A stretch of 64,000 nt of DNA from the NCBI GenBank assembly GCA_944383415.1, contig CALWPK010000002.1:43303-107302 (forward strand), in the 5' to 3' direction. The first letter of the stretch is position 1. Each line of letters opens with the position of its first letter. The translations under genes and the position numbers were made by a program. Shown here piece by piece: positions 37,203 through 46,502 of this stretch. Source of the DNA: an uncultured Clostridia bacterium (GTDB lineage Bacteria; Bacillota; Clostridia; Christensenellales; UBA1242). Below the pieces are notes generated by a model. The model saw only the letters and a list, made by a program, of their open reading frames with translations. It searched no databases and was not told the origin of the DNA.

Positions 37203-39287
37203 TTATAATTTCTTGATCAACTTCATATCCACTCTGCCACGCTCGTCTATTTTGATCGTCTTAACTTGCACTTTGTCTCCAACTTTCACGACATCTTCCA
37301 CTTTTTCCACTCGTTCTTTTGCCAGTTTGGAGATATGGATCATTCCCTCTTTGCCCGGAGCCACTTCTACGAACGCTCCAAATTGAGTTGTCCTCACCAC
37401 GACTCCTTCATATTCGCAGTTGAGTTCGAAGTCTGTAGCGATAGAGAGTATCATTGCTTTTGCTTTTTCAATCATTGCTTGATCTGATGATGAGACAAAT
37501 ACATCTCCCTCGTCCTCAATGTCAATCTTCACGCCAGTCTCGGCAATGATCTGATTGATCACCTTTCCGCCAGAGCCGATGACCTCTCTGATCTTGTCTG
37601 GATCAATCTTGAAAGTGATGATCTTCGGAGCGTATTTGCTAAGTTGTTTCCTAGGAGCCTTGATAGTCTTTGACATAATTTTCAAAATCTCAAGTCTACC
37701 CAATCTTGCCTGTTCCAATGCCGTAGTCAAAATCTGTCTATCAATACCGTGAATTTTGATATCCATCTGTATTGCCGTGATGCCCTTTGACGTACCAGCC
37801 ACCTTGAAATCCATATCGCCCAAGAAATCTTCTAACCCTTGAATGTCTGTGAGGACTGCCACTTTGTCACTATCTTTGTCTTTCATAAGTCCCATAGCAA
37901 TGCCCGCCACAGGTGCTTTGATAGGGACACCCGCATCCATCAGTGCCAGAGTGCTACCACAAACAGATGCTTGTGATGTAGAGCCGTTCGAACTCAACAC
38001 ATCGCTCACTGTCCTGATAGCATAAGGAAATTCTTCCTCACTAGGTAGCACAGCAAGCAATGCACGCTCTGCCAATGCTCCGTGACCAATCTCTCGTCTG
38101 CCCGGACTACGCAAAGGTTTCGCCTCGCCTGTCGTATAGCCCGGCATATTGTATTGGTGCATATATCTCTTGTATTCCTCGTTTTCCAAACCGTCCAACT
38201 CTTGCGCTTCGCTGATCATACCTAGAGTACAGGTAGTGAGAACCTGAGTCTCTCCGCGAGTGAACACCGCTGATCCGTGCACTCTTGGCAACAAGCCGAC
38301 TTCGCACCATATAGGGCGTATTTCGTTCGTCTTCCTACCATCTGGACGAATGCCTTTATATAAAATCTTGTGTCTAACCTTTTCCTTTTTCATATTATAA
38401 AGGACTTGAGAAAATTCTTTTTGCTGATCAGGATATTTTTCACCGAATTTCTCTACAATTTCTTGCAACAGGTCATCTTCCATCGGTTCTCTAAGGTGCC
38501 TATCAAAATTCTCCAAAATTTTGTCCAATTTCTTGTCTGCATAGGCACGTACATCTTTATCTATATTTTCATCTATTGTCTCAAATTGAACCTTATCCGT
38601 CTTTTTAACCTTCAATTTCTTAGCCAAATCTTCTTGGAATTTGACTTGCTTTTTTATCTCTTCGTGAGCAAACATAATGGCATCTAGCATCAGTTCTTCA
38701 CTCACTTCTTTTGCGCCCGCTTCCACCATCAAAATTGCTTCTTTCGTCCCGCTGACAGTCAAGTCAATCACACTCTTTTCAGATTCCTCAACATTAGGAT
38801 TGACAACGAATTTGCCATCCACACAGCCTACCTTCACGGCACCAGTAGGTCCGTCAAATGGTATGTCGCTGATAGTCAAAGCAATCGAACTACCCAGCAT
38901 TGCCAATGGCTCTGGTGGAATATCGTTATCTACAGATAGCGGAGTAGCGATGACCGAAACGTCATTATAAAATCCCTTTGGGAAAAGTGGACGCAATGGT
39001 CTATCGATCAATCTACTACGCAAAATTGCCTGGTCGCTAGGTCTACCCTCACGTTTTTTGTACCCGCCAGGAATTTTGCCCACTGCATACATTTTTTCTT
39101 CATAATCCACATTGAGAGGGAAAAAGTCCATACCTGGACGAGGTGCTTTTGACATTGTAGCATTCACCATCACCACTGTGTCTCCACATCTAAGGACGCA
39201 ATGTCCATTGGCTTGTCCACAATATTTGCCCAATTCGACCTCGACTTCTTTTCCGCCAATTTCTAGTTTGTAAGTAAATTCTTTCAT
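37203..39287 (-). CDS. pnp: polyribonucleotide nucleotidyltransferase (PNPase)
   Basis: Two RNase PH domains plus KH and S1 domains (GAFVEVAPGKEGMIHISKL). Confidence 0.95.
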   Translation of the reverse strand: MKEFTYKLEIGGKEVEVELGKYCGQANGHCVLRCGDTVVMVNATMSKAPRPGMDFFPLNVDYEEKMYAVGKIPGGYKKREGRPSDQAILRSRLIDRPLRPLFPKGFYNDVSVIATPLSVDNDIPPEPLAMLGSSIALTISDIPFDGPTGAVKVGCVDGKFVVNPNVEESEKSVIDLTVSGTKEAILMVEAGAKEVSEELMLDAIMFAHEEIKKQVKFQEDLAKKLKVKKTDKVQFETIDENIDKDVRAYADKKLDKILENFDRHLREPMEDDLLQEIVEKFGEKYPDQQKEFSQVLYNMKKEKVRHKILYKGIRPDGRKTNEIRPIWCEVGLLPRVHGSAVFTRGETQVLTTCTLGMISEAQELDGLENEEYKRYMHQYNMPGYTTGEAKPLRSPGRREIGHGALAERALLAVLPSEEEFPYAIRTVSDVLSSNGSTSQASVCGSTLALMDAGVPIKAPVAGIAMGLMKDKDSDKVAVLTDIQGLEDFLGDMDFKVAGTSKGITAIQMDIKIHGIDRQILTTALEQARLGRLEILKIMSKTIKAPRKQLSKYAPKIITFKIDPDKIREVIGSGGKVINQIIAETGVKIDIEDEGDVFVSSSDQAMIEKAKAMILSIATDFELNCEYEGVVVRTTQFGAFVEVAPGKEGMIHISKLAKERVEKVEDVVKVGDKVQVKTIKIDERGRVDMKLIKKL

Positions 39288-39472
39288 AATTCTCCTTCAG
39301 TTCAAGAAGAATTATAACATATTCGACAAAAAAAAGATATCAAAATTAAAAACAATTTTGAAATAAATTATCGTTTTTTCAATTTTTATCAGTTTCTTTT
39401 GTACCTAATCCTTATTCTCCAGTTTTTGATTGAAGAAAAATTGACACAATCACTCACTTCAGGCGTAGTGTA

Positions 39473-40294
39473 TTACATCTGATTGTCGTTTTTCATTTGT
39501 ACAATATCGTTTGACAATGACTGATATTGATTGAATAGATTATTTGCTCTAGCGATCTCTTGCTCTGAGATCTCTGATGTTGTCAAAATTGGTTTGATGA
39601 CACATCTCATTGCCAAATTGGCGCATTCAATCAAAATCTCAGACTCCTTTGAGAGCAAATCCCAAAGTCGCTCAAACAAATCAGATGATGTCTGTTCGGA
39701 AAGATTGTTATTATTGATAAAGTCATAAAATTCAGCCCTACATTGATTTTTGCAACCACGACTATACAATTCCAATTCTCCCAACACTCTCAGTTTGTTA
39801 TAAGATGTTTTTATATTGGAGACATCCTGACTTAACCTTGTTTTCAAATCTGCAATCGCGGGCTCTATCTCTTCTGTAGGTCGCATTATCTCATTTGCTT
39901 GACTCACTATATCCATAATAGCATCTATATCCTGCTTGATTCTCTCAATCTTTTCATTCAAATCTTTTTGATAATGAATTTCGAGTAAACTTTCTGCCAT
40001 AGTTTTCAAAGATTTTTTGTAAATCGGATCGGATGCAATATCTCCAAGACTCTGCACACAATCTGAATAAGATGTGAGATATGCGTTGTTTTGTTGTCGC
40101 AGGTCTTTGAAATTTGGATAATTTTGAATCAAGTCAAAAAATGAATCGTATATATAAAATAAATTTTCATAATACGGTTTACCCACAGCATTTTCCACAA
40201 TATCTATGAATGATTGCAAAATAGTGAAGTCGTAATCGCCTGCGAGATTAAATCTACTCAGTCTATGATACAACTCTTTTGTACTTGTCTCCAT
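39473..40294 (-). CDS. hypothetical all-helical protein inserted between rpsO and pnp
   Basis: ATG at 40294 with RBS agggg. No motif recognised. Confidence 0.6.
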   Translation of the reverse strand: METSTKELYHRLSRFNLAGDYDFTILQSFIDIVENAVGKPYYENLFYIYDSFFDLIQNYPNFKDLRQQNNAYLTSYSDCVQSLGDIASDPIYKKSLKTMAESLLEIHYQKDLNEKIERIKQDIDAIMDIVSQANEIMRPTEEIEPAIADLKTRLSQDVSNIKTSYNKLRVLGELELYSRGCKNQCRAEFYDFINNNNLSEQTSSDLFERLWDLLSKESEILIECANLAMRCVIKPILTTSEISEQEIARANNLFNQYQSLSNDIVQMKNDNQM

Positions 40295-40760
40295 ATTCAC
40301 CCCTAAAATCAAACAAAATACTATATATAGTGTAACAAAAGTTCAAAATTATATTTCTATAATATCATAAATTTTTTTAATTTCAAACAAATTGAAGAAT
40401 TAAATATAAAATTTTTTAAAAATTAATCAATAATTTTGATTAAATACTATAAAATTGTAAGAAATTCAATTTTGAAATATTCAATAATATTTATTAAATT
40501 TTTCAATATATAATGATTAAAAGTTTTTCTATTGAAAGTATAAAAGTAATTTATTTTTAACAATCTAATCTGTACTTTAAAATTTTTTATTCCGTTTAAA
40601 GTGTTATGTAATCTGTTAATTTTATCTAAAAGAGAAGAAGGCAAAAAGTGCTTTCAGTGGATAATGATTTATGTACATAATTCACTCAGTTAATGATAGG
40701 AAAAATAAAATTTATCTTGATTACATTTTACGCCAAATAAGTTATTCAAAATACCGAATT

Positions 40761-40784
40761 AAAAAAAGCAACATAAAGTTGCTT
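40761..40784 (-). terminator. intrinsic terminator of rpsO
   Basis: The minus strand reads aagcaac-tttat-gttgctt followed by T7. Confidence 0.75.
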
Positions 40785-40787
40785 TGT

Positions 40788-41048
40788 CTATCCACGTATG
40801 CCAAGTTTTGATTTGATCTGACGTGCACGATTGATGTCTTGCTCTGACAAGTAATCTAACAATTTCTTCCTAGTAGAAACCATTTTGTTAAGTCCACGAG
40901 TAGAATGTTTGTCTTGCTTGTTTTGCTTCAAATGTTCGGTAAGATTCTTGATCCTAGCAGTAAGCAGAGCGATCTGCACTTCAACGCTACCAGTATCTTT
41001 TTCATCTTTGCCAAATTCTTTCACAATTTGTGTTTTATCGATTTTCAT
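40788..41048 (-). CDS. rpsO: 30S ribosomal protein S15
   Basis: GSVEVQIALLTARIKNLTEHLKQNKQDKHSTRGLNKMVSTRKKLLDYL. The start was moved to the ATG at 41048 (RBS aaaaggagaga). Confidence 0.93.
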   Translation of the reverse strand: MKIDKTQIVKEFGKDEKDTGSVEVQIALLTARIKNLTEHLKQNKQDKHSTRGLNKMVSTRKKLLDYLSEQDINRARQIKSKLGIRG

Positions 41049-41152
41049 ACTCTCTCCTTTTAATTCGCCTATGACAATGTCGCCGTTGAGCCTTCGCACG
41101 ACTATTGCTAAGGTACTTATATTATACTATACCATTTTCTAAAATTTGTCAA
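41049..41152 (-). promoter_or_regulatory. rpsO promoter and about 70-nt structured leader
   Basis: On the minus strand: TTGACA (41147-41152), 17-nt spacer, TAGTAT (41124-41129). The leader contains the gtcg...cgac helix GTCGtgcgaaggctcaacgGCGAC. Autoregulation by S15 is inferred only. Confidence 0.45.
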
Positions 41153-41206
41153 TAGATTTTCTTGTATATAAAATTATTTTCCACGCACACTAGACTAGGA
41201 GCAAAA

Positions 41207-42427
41207 ATGAAAAAGATATTAATTATTTCCCTATCAATAATATTCGTAATGGTAGCCACTGCTTTTTTGTTGCCATCGATCAAAAAAGTAAATTCTTTGC
41301 CAGATGATATGGTGGTGACATATAGTGACATATTGCAAGCGAACGAAACGGACGAATTTTCGCCTCTCATCAATTTGGAATTGCCGAAAAATTTGGACGT
41401 ATCCACCACTGATGAACTGACAGAAACCACGTTGAGCGTAAAACTATTCAATTTGTTCACAATCAAAAAAGTCAATGTGCGTCTGCTTAGCGACACAGAC
41501 GTCTACGTTGGAGGTGAGACTGTAGGGTTCAATCTTTTCAGCGAGGGGGTGATATGCGTTGGGAGCAATCCGATTCAAACTGGATCTGGAGCAAAGGAAC
41601 CAATTGTCGAAAGCGGAATTCAAGATGGGGATGCGATACTGAAAATTGACGACATTGAGATTGAAAATATTCAAGATGTGGATAGGATTATCAATCTGCC
41701 TAGCAAAGCCGGAAAAGAACTGACTATCACAATCAAGCGGAATGACTCTATTTTTGATACCAAAATCACACCAGTATTTGATGTCCTTAGCCAAAAATAC
41801 AAACTTGGTCTTTGGGTTCGAAATAATGCTAGCGGAGTGGGTACGCTCACCTACATCAAACAGTCAGATTTCCGATTCGGCGCTGTAGGTCACCCAATCG
41901 TAGACAGTTCGCTGGGCACAAATTTCAAAGTTGATTCGGGCAACATATATAAATGTAAATTGTTAGGAATCAAAAAGGGTGAAAAAAATAATCCGGGCGA
42001 GATTCGCTCTTCCATAAATTTAAGCGACAGTTCACTAGGGATAGCAGACACGAATTGCGAATACGGTGTATATGGAAACATTTTGAACAAATCGATAATA
42101 GACGCCAGCAGAACTGCCACACTCGGAGGGAGATTGTCCGTCAAACTCGGAGACGCCAAGATATATTGTGCGATTGGAGAAGAAGGAGTGAAAGCCTATG
42201 ATATCAAAATTATCAAAGCGAACAAGCAAAATTCTGCCGATGACAGAAGTATGACAATCAAGATTACGGACAAAGAACTTCTCGAAAAAACCGGCGGAAT
42301 CATTCAAGGAATGAGCGGAAGTCCAATCGTACAAAATGGAAAAGTAGTGGGCGCAGTGACACACGTGTTCCTAAGTGATCCAACTCGCGGATACGGCGTC
42401 TACATCGACTGGATGATCGACAATTAG
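41207..42427 (+). CDS. spoIVB: SpoIVB-type S55 serine peptidase with PDZ domain
   Basis: N-terminal TM helix, a PDZ-like GIQDGDAILKIDD and GMSGSPIVQNGKVVGAVTHVF. The start was moved to the ATG at 41207. Confidence 0.85.
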   Translation: MKKILIISLSIIFVMVATAFLLPSIKKVNSLPDDMVVTYSDILQANETDEFSPLINLELPKNLDVSTTDELTETTLSVKLFNLFTIKKVNVRLLSDTDVYVGGETVGFNLFSEGVICVGSNPIQTGSGAKEPIVESGIQDGDAILKIDDIEIENIQDVDRIINLPSKAGKELTITIKRNDSIFDTKITPVFDVLSQKYKLGLWVRNNASGVGTLTYIKQSDFRFGAVGHPIVDSSLGTNFKVDSGNIYKCKLLGIKKGEKNNPGEIRSSINLSDSSLGIADTNCEYGVYGNILNKSIIDASRTATLGGRLSVKLGDAKIYCAIGEEGVKAYDIKIIKANKQNSADDRSMTIKITDKELLEKTGGIIQGMSGSPIVQNGKVVGAVTHVFLSDPTRGYGVYIDWMIDN

Positions 42428-42468
42428 ATTATCATTTTTCAATTTCATAAAATAGATTAACGATCTTT

Positions 42469-42701
42469 TTATCTCCTTTTCTCAGCATAGTTCAGTGCCT
42501 TTTCGCACCGCTGGGATAATTTGATTCGTTGACGTAACAAATCAAAATATCGCATTCATCAATCATATATTTATTGCTCACAATTATTTGATCTCTGAAA
42601 TGTTCTTGCTCGATTTCATACATTGCGGTTTTCACAGTTTCATAGTCATTATATGAATATGCTTCACACCAAATTTGACATTGGAAGAATTCTTCTCTGA
42701 G
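42469..42701 (-). pseudogene. truncated and frameshifted C-terminal fragment of a YpsA/DUF1273-like SLOG gene
   Basis: My own minus-strand translation gives ...IIVSNKYMIDECDILICYVNESNYPSGAKRH*. After a 1-nt shift in the gcgaaaagg run it continues KALNYAEKRR*. This parallels the C-terminus of the ORF at 29849-30406. An in-frame stop lies at 42702-42704 and no N-terminal part is present. Confidence 0.55.
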
Positions 42702-42787
42702 TCAATATTTTTGGATCTAGACGATTAAATTTATGACGAATTTAATCTAATTCATCGTCTAAAAAATAAATTATTTCTAGTAATTTT

Positions 42788-43507
42788 TTATAAATTTTCT
42801 TTTAAGATTTTGTTCAATTCGTCTAGTTTTTCTTCACTAAGTTCGGGAACGCCGTCTAGGCGGTATGGAATGTTTAGATCCCTATATTTATGAACTCCGA
42901 TCGTCTTGTATGGGAGCAACTCTACTTTTTCTACGTTTTTTAGTTTTTTCGCAAACTCGCAAAGTGCCACGATGTGCTCTCGGTCGTCATTCATATTCGG
43001 CACAATCACCTGCCTTAGCCACAACTTTTTATTTTTGCGTTGGGTGACTGATAGGAACTGATTAAAATATTTTATATCATGCCCAGTGAGTTCTCTGTAC
43101 TCTCCCTCATCCACTGCCTTGATGTCTAGAATGACCAAGTCGGTGTAATCTAAGATCTCGTCATACTCGCCAAATCCTACTCCTGCAGTGTCTATGCAGG
43201 TGTGGATATTTTCTTTTTTGCAAAGTTTGAGGCATTCTAGTAAAAATTCAGGTTGCAACAAAGGTTCACCGCCAGAGAATGTGACGCCTCCGTCAGTGCC
43301 AAAATAATTTTTGAACCTTGAAATTTTTTTTATCAATTCTTCTGGCGAGGTGATTTGAGACCTTCCGTTGACGTCCCAAGTCTCAGGATTGTGACAATAC
43401 TTGCACCTAAGTTTGCACCCCTGCAAAAACGCAACAAACCTGATTCCCGGTCCGTCCAAAAGCCCCATACTTTCAATGCTACTGATTCTACCTAAGATTT
43501 TCTTCAT
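42788..43507 (-). CDS. pflA: pyruvate formate-lyase activating enzyme (radical SAM)
   Basis: GPGIRFVAFLQGCKLRCKYCHNPETW (CxxxCxxC). Confidence 0.93.
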   Translation of the reverse strand: MKKILGRISSIESMGLLDGPGIRFVAFLQGCKLRCKYCHNPETWDVNGRSQITSPEELIKKISRFKNYFGTDGGVTFSGGEPLLQPEFLLECLKLCKKENIHTCIDTAGVGFGEYDEILDYTDLVILDIKAVDEGEYRELTGHDIKYFNQFLSVTQRKNKKLWLRQVIVPNMNDDREHIVALCEFAKKLKNVEKVELLPYKTIGVHKYRDLNIPYRLDGVPELSEEKLDELNKILKENL

Positions 43508-43584
43508 ATCAAATCTCTATTTTTCAATGCAATTAAATTTCTATTTTTTATGAAATATTTTCAAGTAAATTTTGAACACTAAAA

Positions 43585-43760
43585 TTGCTTATTTTTTATG
43601 AATTTTTAATAAATTTTCCTTATTTTTTTTATTTTTTCACATTTTTTATTAATTTTTAATTATTTTTTTAATTTTTTACATTTTTTATTAATTTTTATTT
43701 ATTTTTTATTTATTTATATTTTAATTTCTTTATTTTTTATTTGTTCAAAAATTTCAAATT
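43585..43760 (+). repeat. phased T-tract array E2 (about 10-bp period, with an internal duplication of about 40 bp)
   Basis: T-run starts at 43623, 43632, 43642, 43653, 43663, 43672, 43681, 43692, 43702 and 43733. ttttttcacattttttattaatttttaatt is repeated as ttttttacattttttattaatttttattt. Confidence 0.85.
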
Positions 43761-44049
43761 AATTGAATTATATAATTATTTCAATATTTATTTTTATTAA
43801 TTTAATTTTGATTTTCAATTGCATTTTTCGATATTTTTTTCATTAATTAATTTTTGTATATTCAAACTAACCTGATTCGAATTTAATGAAAAATTATATT
43901 TGTTTGAATTCTTGATTGTTGACTATTTTTTGATTTTATTTTCTAGCAATTTATTTCGTATCAAAGACTCTATCGTGAGGCGGTTTGTTTCCTTACATTT
44001 GCCTAATATAGATATTTATTTAATTTCGATAGTCAAATTCAAAACACAA

Positions 44050-46323
44050 TTATCTAATCTTTTCATGGAAGGTGCGCGAAATGACCTCCTCTTGATGAGC
44101 GCGAGACAGTTTGTTGAAATTCACGGCATATCCTGATACGCGTATTGTAAGAGTTGGATATTTGTTCGGATTGTTCATTGCATCTATCAGTTTCTCGCGG
44201 TTCAACACATTGACATTGATATGCTGTGCACCCTGCTTGAAATATCCGTCTAGAATTGAGACAAGATTTTTCACTCTATCTTTTTCATCTCTACCAAGTG
44301 CGTTTGGCACAATGGAGAAAGTGTTGCTCACCCCATCCTGACAGACATCGCAATAAGGTATTTTCGCTACAGAATTCAGACTCGCCAATGCTCCGTTGCA
44401 ATCACGTCCGTGCATAGGATTTGCGCCCGGTGCGAACGCGACTCCTGCCTTTCTACCATCGGGAGTGCTACCAGTCTTCTTGCCATACATCACATTTGAT
44501 GTAATAGTGAGAGCGGACAGAGTGTGCAATGCATTCCTATACAATTTGTGTTTTTTCAAGCATTTGATGAAATGTTTCACAATATCTACGGCAATCTGAT
44601 CTACAGAATCATCATCGTTTCCGTATTTTGGGAAGTCTCCCTCAATTTTGAAATCTACCGCCACCCCTTGATCATTCCTAATTGGAGTAACGCGTGCATA
44701 CTTTATAGCGCTAAGCGAATCAGTAGCGACACTTAGTCCCGCTATTCCAAACGCCATCAATCGTTCTACAAATGTGTCGTGCAATGCCATTTGACCTGCT
44801 TCATAAGCGTATTTGTCATGCATATAATGTATGATATTTAGTGCGTCCACATAGGTTTTTGCGATTTTTTCTAGTATACTAAAATATGCCTTTTTCACTT
44901 TTTCAAAATCAAGCACTTTATCCTTGATTGGCTTCACCCCTTGCACCACTAGTTTCCCGCTCTTTTCGTCCACTCCACCGTTGATCGCATAGAGTAGAGA
45001 CTTCGCAAGATTGCACCTAGCGCCGAAGAATTGCATCTGTTTGCCAACTCTCATAGCAGACACACAGCACGCTATCGCATAATCATTGCCATAAATTGGG
45101 CGCATAATGTCATCGCTTTCATATTGAATGCTGTCTGTCAATATTGATATTTTGGCACAGTATTTTTTGAAATTCATTGGCAATTTTTCTGACCACAAAA
45201 CTGTCAGGTTTGGCTCAGGGCTAGAGTCTAGATTGATAAGGCAATGCAAAAATCTAAATGAATTTTTTGTCACCAAACTCTTGGTGTCGTTTAGCATTCC
45301 ACCTATACTTTCGGTCACCCAAGTAGGATCACCCGCAAATACTTCATCGTATTCAGGAGTACGCAAATGTCGCACCAATCGCAATTTGATAGTGAATTGA
45401 TCCACCAATTCCTGTGCTCCACTTTCATCTAATAGTCCCTTTTTCATATCTCGCTCAATATAAATGTCTAGGAAAGTAGAGACTCTGCCTAAACTCATTG
45501 CGGCACCGTTGTCCTCTTTCACCCCTGCTAGATATGCAAAATATGTCCATTGAAATGCTTCACGTGCATTCGTGGCAGGATATGAAATATCATATCCATA
45601 TTTTTTTGCCATACTTTTGATTTTGTCCAGCGCCCGAATCTGCTCGTGCACTTCCTCACGCAAACGGATGATCTCTTCAGAGTTTATATTCAACATCTTG
45701 TCCATCAATAGATCCGCTTTCTTCTCTTCGATCAATCTATCGATTCCGTACAATGCAACTCGGCGGTAATCTCCTATGATCCTGCCTCGTCCGTACGCAT
45801 CGGGTAGACCCGTGATGAGTCCTGCACTGCGCGCTGAACGAATATCAGGAGTATAGACATCAAACACACCATCGTTATGCGTCTTCCTCACGCCTTCGCT
45901 GAATATCTTTTCAAGACCACTATCCATTTTTAGATTATATGCCTTCAATGCATTCTGCACCATTCTCAACCCACCGAAAGGATTGACGATTCGCTTAAGC
46001 GGTTTATCTGTCTGAAGCCCTACTACAACCTCATTTTTTTTGTCAATATAGCCTGGATTGAAGGCATCTATACCAGAAATACGCTTGAGTTCCACATCCA
46101 AGAGTCCCACCTTTCGCTCTTTTTCCAATAGACGCATACATTTGCCCCAAACTTTCAACGTCTTTTTCGTGCTAGGCACCAAAAAACTATCATCTCCGCG
46201 ATATTCAGTATAATTCGATGCAATAAAGTCAGAGACATCTATTTTGTCCTTCCACTCCTGCCCCTTAAACCCATTCCATGCATTATTTAAGATTTCTTTC
46301 TGATTTTCATTTGAATTTTCCAT
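44050..46323 (-). CDS. pflB: formate C-acetyltransferase (pyruvate formate-lyase)
   Basis: 757 aa. Glycyl-radical motif [11 protein letters not shown] near the C-terminus. Confidence 0.95.
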   Translation of the reverse strand: MENSNENQKEILNNAWNGFKGQEWKDKIDVSDFIASNYTEYRGDDSFLVPSTKKTLKVWGKCMRLLEKERKVGLLDVELKRISGIDAFNPGYIDKKNEVVVGLQTDKPLKRIVNPFGGLRMVQNALKAYNLKMDSGLEKIFSEGVRKTHNDGVFDVYTPDIRSARSAGLITGLPDAYGRGRIIGDYRRVALYGIDRLIEEKKADLLMDKMLNINSEEIIRLREEVHEQIRALDKIKSMAKKYGYDISYPATNAREAFQWTYFAYLAGVKEDNGAAMSLGRVSTFLDIYIERDMKKGLLDESGAQELVDQFTIKLRLVRHLRTPEYDEVFAGDPTWVTESIGGMLNDTKSLVTKNSFRFLHCLINLDSSPEPNLTVLWSEKLPMNFKKYCAKISILTDSIQYESDDIMRPIYGNDYAIACCVSAMRVGKQMQFFGARCNLAKSLLYAINGGVDEKSGKLVVQGVKPIKDKVLDFEKVKKAYFSILEKIAKTYVDALNIIHYMHDKYAYEAGQMALHDTFVERLMAFGIAGLSVATDSLSAIKYARVTPIRNDQGVAVDFKIEGDFPKYGNDDDSVDQIAVDIVKHFIKCLKKHKLYRNALHTLSALTITSNVMYGKKTGSTPDGRKAGVAFAPGANPMHGRDCNGALASLNSVAKIPYCDVCQDGVSNTFSIVPNALGRDEKDRVKNLVSILDGYFKQGAQHINVNVLNREKLIDAMNNPNKYPTLTIRVSGYAVNFNKLSRAHQEEVISRTFHEKIR

Positions 46324-46445
46324 AATTCACCTCTATATTTGCAGTATAGCATATTAAAAATTATAAATGTGTTGTTTTTACAACAAATTTTCAAATTTTT
46401 TTCGTATAGATACTGTCTATCAATAAGATTGACATAATTTAGGTA

Positions 46446-46474
46446 TTGACATAGCAAGGTGATCGTTGTAATAT
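46446..46474 (+). promoter_or_regulatory. sigma-A type promoter
   Basis: TTGACA, 17-nt spacer, TAATAT, upstream of the RBS-preceded ATG at 46503. Confidence 0.6.
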
Positions 46475-46502
46475 ATAGAAAATTAATTTTTCTGGAGCAC
46501 AG

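Noticed and set aside
46370-46385. TGTTGT-tttt-ACAACA palindrome about 50 nt upstream of pflB as a Rex, FNR or CRP-type operator
   Set aside because: It does not match the Rex (TTGTGAA-N4-TTCACAA), FNR (TTGAT-N4-ATCAA) or cre consensus well enough. It is kept only as a note.
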